Assembly (NCBI RefSeq): GCF_009914755.1
Contig: NC_060939.1
Direction: 5' to 3' (one strand)
Source of the DNA: the human T2T-CHM13v2.0 reference genome, Homo sapiens
DNA length: 64,000 bases
Program-made: the position numbers and the translations under genes
The notes under the pieces: model-generated
What the model saw: the letters and a program-made list of their open reading frames with translations, nothing else
Database searches by the model: none
Told to the model about the DNA's origin: nothing
In this document: positions 54,413-64,000 of the stretch, in pieces
How the letters are laid out: every line of letters starts with the position of its first letter
Numbering within the stretch: position 1 is the first letter of the stretch

Positions 54413-55187
54413 TATTAGGTACAGTAAGTTCCTCTTCAAAGGTTTAACCTGTTCAACTTCCTTGTTCTTTGTTCCTAAGAACAATTTCCCTGTACCTTCT
54501 CACCCCTATTTACCTGCTTAGTTATCTGCTCAGTTACCTGCCTTGTAAACAACTCTTCCCATCAGTCCCAACCTGTAACTCACATTCCCTCTCCCTTCCT
54601 TATTAGGGAGAATATTCGCGATAGCAAATCAAGTCTGCTTAGATTGTGTAGTCCGACTCCAGCCCATGTGGGAATGACAGAGAGGTAGGGACTGCGTTAG
54701 GGATATAAACTCCTGCTCTATCCCGCTCGGTGTGCTCTTGCATTCGTGACTAATGCAAACAGCACTCTTTTGCAGAAGTAAGTTGTCTTGCTGAGAAAAC
54801 TTTTTTTCCTGAGTGCTGGTTCTTCCTTGCAGCACTGATCATTTGTTTCTTTTTTCTTTCTTTTTTTTTTTTTTTTTTGAGACAGAGTTTCGCTCTGTTG
54901 CCCAGGGTGGAGCACAGTGGCTTGATCTCAGCTCACTGCAAGCTCCACCTCCCAGGTTCACGCCATTCTCCTGCCTCAGCCTCCTGAGTAGCTGGGACTA
55001 CAGGCACCCACCACTGCACCCAGCTAATTTTTTTGTATTTTTTTTTTTTTAGTAGAGACGGCATTTCACCATGTTAGCCAGGATGGTCTCGATCTCCTGA
55101 CTTCATGATCCGCCCACCTCGGCCTCCCAAAGTGCTGGGATTACAGGGGCGAGCCACTGCGCCCAGCCTGATCATTTGTTTCTAACA
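54413..55187 (+). mobile_element. 5' LTR (LTR10-type) containing an AluY
   Basis: TATTAGGTACAGTAAGTTCCTCTTCAAAGG...TTTCTAACA, a direct repeat of 62810-63249. Confidence 0.93.
54851..55168 (-). mobile_element. AluY inserted in U5 of the 5' LTR
   Basis: 15-bp TSD TGATCATTTGTTTCT at 54836-54850 and 55169-55183. Confidence 0.96.
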
Positions 55188-55190
55188 ATC

Positions 55191-55208
55191 TGGGGGCTCG
55201 TCCGGAAT
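55191..55208 (+). promoter_or_regulatory. Primer binding site, tRNA-Pro
   Basis: TGGGGGCTCGTCCGGAAT, a 17/18 match to the canonical PBS-Pro TGGGGGCTCGTCCGGGAT. Confidence 0.92.
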
Positions 55209-55862
55209 TCCCATTCTCCTCTGAGAAAAGGGTCTCCAGTCACCAATAGTGAGGAGAAGCATCCCACTGCCTCATTGAGGTGGCCTCATGGTGAGGGATC
55301 AGGACCCACCCAGTGTGATGAATAAACCCGGACTCTCAGCAGTCTGGAAAGGAACAGACCAACAACTTAAGAGAAAAGGATCCTCACATACCATGGTGAC
55401 CAGGTAACTATGTGCACAGACCAACGTAAGAAACATCACAAGAGCGACAAAGTATTTTCTTGGTGGTTGGGATATCTTGGAGATTGAAAGTGTGTGTTGA
55501 GACTCACAATTGAGTGCAAAGCAAGTGTTCAGTCCAGATCTGCAGTTCTGTGGTCACCTTATACAGCTTAAGGTAGCCCTTCTGTAAAGGAGTCTGGGTC
55601 AGGGGTTTCTACTGAAACAGCCATTGCTAAGAGGAAACCAACGTTCCCGTGAGGGAAGCAGCCAGAGAAGGATGAAGCGAAAGGAGAAAAGTGCAAGAAA
55701 CCTCCAGCAGGGGGGTTGAGCCTCTAAGAAAGGAAAGGAAAGGAAAGGAAAGGAAAGGTGAGAAATCTCCAGTAGGAGAGGTTGAGCCTTATACAAACCT
55801 CTCGTAACTGGGAAGAAATTTCTAGTAGGGGAAATTGAGCCTCACCCCAATCCCTTTTCAAG

Positions 55863-57386
55863 ATGGGAAATACCTCAAGTAATGCAGGGGAGAAAAAGGA
55901 TAAAGCTAGCAACAATAACATTCCTCCTGATAGTCCCCTAGGGCTTATGCTAAAATATTGGAAAGAGAGTGAAAGGACTAAATACAAGAAAAAGCAGCAA
56001 ATGATAAAATATTGTTGTTTCATTTGGACTCAGGAATCAATCCTGAAAAGCAAGTCAGAAATTAACTCCTCTGAGAAAGATAAGGTCCCTGTTCCTAGAC
56101 AGCTCACCAACACATGGAACTTCCTCCACCACCTTCCCCCGTCCAATACCCCTAACCTCCCTCCCCCTCAAGCAGAGGCAGTTGTCCCAGACCCTTCTCC
56201 TACCCACATTGTTCCCCCTCTTTATAACCCTGCCTCTTGGGAATTGTCCCAACAGCCTGCTCACTATCACCCTAAGTACTCTTCCCTGAAAGGACTTCAA
56301 TGTGAGATAGAGCAATGTAAAAGGGATATTCAGAACTTCCCCTTCCCCTCTACCTCGGGAGAATTAGCTCCACCTCTCTTCCCCTGAAGAGAGGTGTCCC
56401 TACGAGGAGGAGGTATTCACTTTGTAAATGCTCCTTTAACCAGCTCGGAGGTCCAAAACCTAAAAACAGAGTTCAAGCCACACTATTAGACAACTCCAGT
56501 GGAATAGCAGATCGAATTAACCAATTTCTAGGACCACAGTTATATATACTTGGGCTGAGTTAATGTCCATCCTAGGCATCCTTTTCTCAGGGGAAGAAAG
56601 AAGCATCATCTGTAGAGCTGCTATGGTAGCCTGGGAACATGAACACCCTCCTGGCCAAAACATTCATGCAGCGGATCAAAAATTCCCCAACCAAGACCCC
56701 TGCTGGGACAATAATAACGCAGCCCACTGAAGAGGATACGCAAGAACTTAGGGAAATGATAATAAAAGGGATTCGGGAGTCAGTACTCCGAACCCAAAAT
56801 CTTACTCGAGCATTCGACATACAACAAAGGAAAGATGAAGGGCCTATCGAACTTTTAGACAGGTTGAAAGAACAAATGAGAAAATATGCTGGCCTAGATT
56901 TAGAAGATCCTCTTAGGCAGTGAATGTTAAAGCTTCATTTTGTTACTAACAGCCAGATATCACAAGGAAATTACAAAAGATAGGAAATTGGAAGGACCAT
57001 CCCACGAACGAGCTTCTTAGAGAAGCTCAGAAAGTGTGTGTAAGGAGGGATGAGGAGAAGCAAAAAGAAAAAATGAAAATTATGTTATCCACCTTCCAAC
57101 AGGGGGCCCCAAAGGATAAAACACACCAGTATTACTCTCTGTTACCCAGAGACCCACACACTCCCAAACAAAGCCTCCCGAGAGCCAAAACCTATAAAGA
57201 TCCTAGGCCCCCACTTCCTAAGCCATATAAAGAACATAAGGAGGCAAAGCCGAGAAACCCAAAAATAGAGAGAAGAGACAGAATCAATGCTTCAATTGTG
57301 AGAAAGTAGGCCACTTCAAGAGGTATTGTCCCAAATTAAAATCAGAAAGAGAAGTCGTCCCACTTACGACCTTTGAGGAGGAATAG
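55863..57386 (+). pseudogene. gag: ERV gag (disrupted)
   Basis: MGNTSS myristoylation start, PPLY late-domain-like motif, MHR-like QQRKDEGPIELLDRLKE, zinc knuckle CFNCEKVGHFKRYC, amber stop at 57384-57386. Confidence 0.9.
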
Positions 57387-60300
57387 GGGGGTTAGGGGCT
57401 CTGTCTCTTTTACCTTGAATCCCACCAAGAGCCCTTGATAAATTTAGAAGTGGAACCCAAATCTGAGCTTATGACCTTTTTAGTAGACTCAGGAGCAGCC
57501 TGCTCCTCTGTTTGTTACCTTCCCCCACAATATAACCTGGTCCTCAGAGGAGCTTGTAGTCTCAGGGGTAAAAGGAGAGGGAATCAAACTAAAAATTTTA
57601 AAAGAAACAGAAATTAGATGTAAAAACTGCTCAGCTAATGTTGAATTTTTGTTAATTTCAGAGGCAGGAACTAATCTATTAGGAAGAAACTTAATGTTAA
57701 AATTAGGTATAGGTTTACGTATTGGCTCAGAAGGATTCTACACTTCATTAAACCTGCTCACCACTGCAGAAGAAACATACATTCATCCTGATGTTTGGGC
57801 AAGGGAAGGAAATTGGGGAAAACTCCAAATTCCCCCTATACATATAAAGTTAAAAACCCCTGGAGAAATAGTAAGAAGAAAGCAATATCCTATTCCTTTA
57901 GAAGGCAGAATAGGCCTGAAACCTGTAATTGAAAGCCTCATCAAGGATGGGCTCCTTGAACCCTGTATGTCCCCTTATAACACCCCAATACTGCCTGTGA
58001 AGAAACCAGATAGGTCATGTCGACTAGCATAAGACCTCTGGGCCATCAACCAGACAGTCTAGACTACCCATCCTGTTGTCCCTAATCCTTAAACCATTCT
58101 CAGTAAAATTCCATATGAACATCAATGGTTTACAGTAATAGGTTTAAAAGATGCCTTTTGAGCATGCTCCTTGGATGAGGACAGCTGAGACATTTTTGCT
58201 TTCGAATGGGAAGATCCCCATTCTGGATGACAGCAACAGTATCGATAGACAGCTCTACCCCCGGGCTTCACAGATTCCCCTAATCTCTTTGGTCAAATTC
58301 TAGAACAAGTGTTAGAACAAGTTTATACCCCAAAATGTATATGTCTGCTCCAGTACGTAGATGACTTATTAATATCCGGTTAGGCTATAGAAAAGGTATC
58401 TGCTTTCTCCATCCATATCCTTAACCATTTGTAAGGAGAGGGGCTATGGGTTTCAAAGAGAAAGCTTCAATTCATAGAGCCTGAAGTTAAATACCTAGGA
58501 CACTTAATAAGTAACGGCAAACGAAGGATAGGGCCTGAGAGGGTTGAAGGGATTGTATCCATACCTTTGCCTAAGACTAAACAAGAACTCAGAAAATTCC
58601 TAGGGATAGCCGGATATTGCCGCTTATGGATTGACTCATATGCCCTTGTCATAAAGCCTCTCTACCTAAAAATCACCCAAGAAAAGCCTGACCCTCTCCT
58701 CTGGACTTCTGAAGAACTCCACCAGGTTGAGGAGCTAAAACATCTGCTTATAACTGCCTCTGTTTTAGCTTTGCCTTCCCTAGAAAAGCCATTTCACCTT
58801 TCTGTTAACATAAATAAGGGGGTAGCTTTAGGGGTCCTTACCCAAGAACACGGAGGTCACCAGCAACCCATGGATCTCCTATCAAAAGTTTTAGATCCAG
58901 TAACCTGTGGATGGCCTGAATGTTTCAATCCATTGCAGCTACCGCCTTGTTAACTAAAGAAAGCAGAAAACTAACCTTTGGGGGAAAGTTAGTTGTAAAC
59001 ATGCCCCATCAGGTTAGAGCCATCTTAAATTAAAAGGCAGGAAGGTGGCTTACTGACTTGAGAATTTTAAAGTATGAAGCTATCCTGTTAGAAAGAGATG
59101 ATTTAACACTAACCACTGATAATTCACTTAACCCAGAGGTTTCCTGACTGGAGATTCAAATCTAAAGAGACCTGAGCATGAGTGTTTAGATTTAATGATC
59201 ATACAAAAGTTAGGCCTGATTTAAGAGAGACCCCTTACAAAACGGGGCAGGGCTTCTTTATAGATGGCTCTTCCCAAGTAATTGAAGGAAAAAGGCGTAA
59301 TAGGTACTCAGTAGTAGATGGGGAGGCACTTGAAGAAGTAGAGTCAGGAAGCCTGCCAAATAATTGGTCTGCCCAAACATGTGAATGAATTGTTTGCATT
59401 AAATCAAGCCTTAAAGCACTTGCAAAACCAAGAACGGACTATTTATACTGATTCCAAGTATGCCTTTGGGGCAGCTCACACCTTTGGAAAAATTTGGACT
59501 GAACGAGATCTTATTAATAGCAAAGGCCAAGACCTGGGCCACAAAGAATTAATCACCCAAGTATTAGATAACCTGCAGCTGCCAGAATAGCTATTGTCCA
59601 TGTTCCAGGACATCAGAAAGGTCTTTCTTTTCAAAGCGGAAGGAATAACCTAGCAGATCAAATAGCCAAACACACTGCCGTTTCCTCTGAAAATGCCTGT
59701 TTTTCACTTAGCCCCTTGCCTTCCTCCCTCGACTGCAGTCCCCATCTTTTCTCCCGCTGAAAAGGAAAAATTAATAAAAATAGGAGCCAAAGAAAATTCA
59801 GAAGGGAAATGGGTGTCACCAGACCAAAGAGAAATGTTATCCAAACCCCTCATGAGGGAAATCCTCTTTCATCTGCATCAAGGGACTCATTAGGGACCTC
59901 AAGCTAAGTGTGATGCAGTCCTCGGGGTCTACAGATGTATAGGAATTTACATTTTGGCAAGACAAGTTACAGATAGTTGCCTAGTATGTAAGAAGACTAA
60001 TAAGCAGATCCTCAGAAAACCACCTGTTGGAGGGAGAAATCCAGGATTAAGGCTGTTCCAAATTGTCCAAATTGATTATGCCGAAATGCCCCCAATTGGT
60101 CACTTAAAATATTTATTAGTGATAGATCACCTTACTCATTGGGTAGAAGCTATTCCCTTTTCAAGTGCAACTGCTAGTAATGTACTCAAGGCATTAGTTG
60201 AAAATATTATACCCAGGTTTGGATTAATAGAAAATGCTGATTCAGACAACAGGACTCATTTCACTGCACATGTTCTTAAGAAACTAGCCCAAGTACTAGA

Positions 60301-60889
60301 TATAACATGGGACTACCATAACCCCTGGCACCCACCTTCATCAGGAAGAGTAGAAAGAATGAATCAGACTCTGAAAAACCACCTAACCAAATTAGTCCTA
60401 GAGACTCGGTTGCCATGGACTAAATGCCTCCCCATGGTCTTGTGAAGATTCCAAACTGCCCCTAGGAAAGATGTCGGCTCACCTCCTTATGAAATGCTGT
60501 ATGAGTTGCCTTATCTACACTCCACTGCTGACATTCCTCGTTCGAAACAAAAGATCTGTTTCTCAAGAACTATATACTTGGTCTATCCTCCACTTTCTCT
60601 TTCCTTAGGACTAAAGGCCTCTTGGCACATACACCACCCCTTGAATTTCCAGTTCACCACCACCAGCCCGGACAGTGACCACATTCTCATCAAAGGTCAG
60701 AAAGAAAGGAAGCTCAAGCCCACCTGGGAGGGACATTATCTAGTGTTTCTAATGACTGAGACAGCCGTCCACACCACTGAAAAAGAATGGACTCACCATA
60801 CCTGAGTCAAAAGAGCACCACCCACTCCAGAATCATGGACAGCTATTTCAGGGCCAATTCCAACCAAGTTAAAGCTAAAACGGGTTTGA
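57387..60889 (+). pseudogene. pol: ERV pro-pol (disrupted)
   Basis: Protease FLVDSGA; RT SPYNTPILPVKK, LPPGFTDSP and YVDD (58354); RNase H FIDGSS; integrase HQGTH..C..C, QIDY, DSDN and VERMNQTLK. Confidence 0.93.
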
Positions 60890-60896
60890 TCCTCTT

Positions 60897-62815
60897 ATGC
60901 TATATTTCTTTTCCCCTTCTATTGCTAGTCCTCTCGTTATTAATGTAACTAGGTCGAGCTCACCCCAAACTATTACCTTTGATGCTTGCCTTGTTATATC
61001 CTGTGGAGCTCTCCAAAGTCAAAAGCAACTCTCAGCCTCAGAGAAGTATCTCCGTCCCTTTCAGACAAAAGCCTCCCCCATTACGACTCTTGTTCCTTAA
61101 GAAATGTAGGGAAACAGGCCTGCCACAGCTGGAATGATATTATGTGGACAACTGAACATCAGGGCTTTGTCAACAGGCAGTTGTAAGTCTCTAAAACCAT
61201 GTTTGCTTTGTTAAAGGAAACATTCCCCACCCCCTGACTGCCAGTATAACCAATGTAATCCAGTGCAAATTTCTATTCTTATCCCCACTTCTGCCAACCC
61301 TAAACCTACTTTAAGTCGCTTATACGGCATAGGAGCCAAAATAGCAGGGACACATCTTATAGAATCCTTTGAAATGCATTTCATTACTTTCTCACCTCCT
61401 CCACCTCCTTCTACACTCTCTCTCAACGAAACCGCTGTTCTTCCTTCAACCAAGGATAAAATCAAGGTAAGCCATTGTAGAAGTTAAAAATTTGAAACAA
61501 ACCATAGCAACTGAGACAGGGTACCAAGATGCAAATGCTTGGTTAGAATGGATTAAATATTCTGTCCGCACTCTAAACAAAAGCAACTGTTACACTTGTG
61601 CGCACAGTAGGCCAGAGGCCCAGGTTGTCCCCTTTCCACTCGGATGGTCTTCCAGCCAACTGGGCATGAGCTGTATGGTAGCTCTTCTCCAAGACCCCAC
61701 AGCCTGGGGTAATGAATCTTGCCAAGCTCTCTCTCTGCTATTCCCTAAAGTCCAACACCCTGCAGGTCAGTCCCTGAGGGCCATCCAGCCTCCATCTATT
61801 GACACCAATTTTTACCTCGGGTCTCTCACAACAAGGGGAAAACTTGGCATTTCATGAAGACCTAAAGGGATGCGGTGAACTTAAACTCTCCCAAGAGCTT
61901 ACCAGTCAGTCTGCCCTTGTTCATCCTCGAGCATACGTATGGTGGTATTGTGGTGGACCCTTACTGGACACTCTGCCAAGTAACTGGAGTGGTACTTGTG
62001 CTCTAGTCCAACTGGCCATCCCTTTCACCCTAGCATTCCATTAACATAATAGAAGAGAAAATCAGAAGAGAAGAAGTGACCTTCATGGGTCCTTTGACTC
62101 CCACGTTTATAAAGATGCTACTGGAGTTCCACGAGGGGTACCAGATAAATTTAAGGCCCGAAATCAAACAGCTTCAGGATTTGAATCTGTGCTGTTTTGG
62201 TGGTCAACTGTAAATAAAAATGTAGATCGGATAAACTACATTTATTACAACCAACAAAGGTTTGTTAACTACACAAGACATGCCATTAAGGGAACAGCCT
62301 CCCAATTAGGTCCCATTAACTAAATAGTCTGGGAAAACAGGATAGCCCTAGATACGATGCTAGCAGAAAAAGGTGGTGTCTGTGTCATGATTGGAGTCCA
62401 ATGATGTACTTTTATTCCTAATAACACAGCCCCTGACGGAACAGTAACAAAAGCTTTGCAGGACCTAACCTCCTTATCCAATGAGTTAGCAAGCAATTCT
62501 GGAATAAATGATCCCTTTACAAGTTTAATGGAGAAATGGTCTGGAAAATGGAAAGGCTTAATGTCCTCAATATTTACTTCTCTTGCAATCGTTATAGGTG
62601 TGCTTATTCTTGTTGGATGCTGTATCATACCATACATTTGTGGACTACTGCAAAGACTCATAGACACAGAACTTACCAAAACCTCTCTTAGCTCTCCTCC
62701 ACCCTATTCAGATAAGCTTTTCCTTCTAGAAAACCAAGCAGAACAGCAAAGCAAAGACATGCTAAAAAAGTTTGAAGAGGAAGAATTACAAAAATTAAGA
62801 GGGGGGAATTGTTAG
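60897..62815 (+). pseudogene. env: ERV env (disrupted)
   Basis: CxxC motif (NCYTC), furin-like RRENQKRR, immunosuppressive domain WENRIALDTMLAEKGGVC, hydrophobic TM segment (ORF 62456-62815). Confidence 0.9.
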
Positions 62816-63249
62816 GTACAGTAAGTTCCTCTTCAAAGGTTTAACTTGTTCAACTTCCTTGTTCTCTGTTCCTAAGAACAATTTCCCTGTACCTTCTCGA
62901 CCCTACTTACCAGCTTAGTTACCTGCTTAGTAACCTGCCTTGTAAACAACTCTTCCTACCAGCCCCAATCTGTAACTCACATTCCCCCTCCCTTTCTTAT
63001 TAGAGAAAATATTCACAATATCCAGCTGAGTCAGCTAAGATTGTGCAGTCCTACCCCAGCCCATGTTGGAATGACACAGAGGTAGGGAGTGCATTAGGGA
63101 TAAGAACCCCTGCTCCACCCCGTTTGGTGTGCTCTTGCAATCATGACTAATGCAAGCAGCATACTTGCAGAAGCAAATTGTCTTGCTGAGAAAACTTTTT
63201 TGCCTGAGTGCTGCTTCTTCCTCACAGCACCAATCATTTGTTTCTAACA
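62810..63249 (+). mobile_element. 3' LTR (LTR10-type)
   Basis: TGTTAGGTACAG...TTTCTAACA following the polypurine tract. Confidence 0.95.
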
Positions 63250-64000
63250 ATCTCGCTAAAAGCAGCCTAGAAAGCAGCCACTTATGCAGAAAGAGTAATA
63301 ATTTAGGCTCTACAAGTCATATAAAAAATGAAGTTTCATTTGTTTACCGGCTAATTTACTTCCTGGGAGACATTTTTCATTCTAAAACAGTGATTCCCTA
63401 CCAAGAGTTCATAGATGCCAAGAAGTCCATAAAAGGCGTAATGGAATTGCCAAATTATGTTAAATACTTCAAAAGGACTCAAAGCCATATACTAGTTCCC
63501 AATAGGCCTGCACAAGTTATTAGAACAAGCTGCTTTGCATTCTTGTGTGATCAGAACCAGTAACTAGATGGCAATCAGGTCTGTTACTGAAGATGGAAAA
63601 ACTATACTTAAGTTTGTATAACAATCTTTCATAACATGGCTTCACAGAAAAGAAGTATAAAAAGGATTCCTTGGTTGAAAAAGAGTGCTCTTTTCCCTTC
63701 ATTATTTAAGATTAGGACAAATTTATAAAACAGGAAAAAAATAGCACAAATCCCTTGGCAAACAGAGTAAAACATCTACTCTGTTTTGCTTTTTTTCACT
63801 TCTTACACTCTCTTTCATAGGAAGTCAATTTACAGACTTCCATCAAGCCCTTAGAGACCTTTTTGTACTATCCATGACAAGCTCTTGATGTTATCTCTGC
63901 ACTTTTGACAAATTCTTAGCAGTTAACTTACAAGGCAGTTAAGATTTTTGTTCAAGCACAATATAGCTAGAATAGGCTCATACATTCAATAAAACAAATA

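Larger units (their letters stand above)
54413..63249 (+). mobile_element. Near full-length defective HERV-IP10 (HERVIP10F/LTR10-type) provirus
   Basis: Paired LTRs, PBS-Pro, gag-pro-pol-env motifs in order, and a PPT AAGAGGGGGGAA before the 3' LTR. Confidence 0.92.

Overview
Human (primate) genomic DNA with no intact protein-coding gene. It is a mosaic of segmental-duplication modules typical of the chromosome 15 GOLGA core duplicon; 15q25.2 is inferred from module content, not from a search. Left to right it holds: an extremely G-to-A hypermutated HERV-K(HML-2) pro/pol/env fragment fused to an inverted partial LTR5 (~210-4353); a THE1 LTR; ITSN2-like and GOLGA2-like 3'UTR sequence; the 3' end of a DNM1 pseudogene (-); a UBE2Q2 partial duplicate with its CpG-island promoter (+); a third DNM1 3'UTR fragment; an unprocessed CSPG4 pseudogene (exons 2-8, +); a second DNM1 pseudogene (+) fused tail-to-tail to the last six exons of a GOLGA2/GOLGA6-like pseudogene (-); a 7SL pseudogene; an inverted copy of UBE2Q2 intron 1; and a near full-length degenerate HERV-IP10 provirus with a tRNA-Pro PBS. 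The most unusual observation is in the HERV-K element, where deamination stays on the same physical strand across the inversion (G-to-A in pol/env sense, C-to-T in LTR sense). Family assignments rest on recalled sequences and were not checked against databases.
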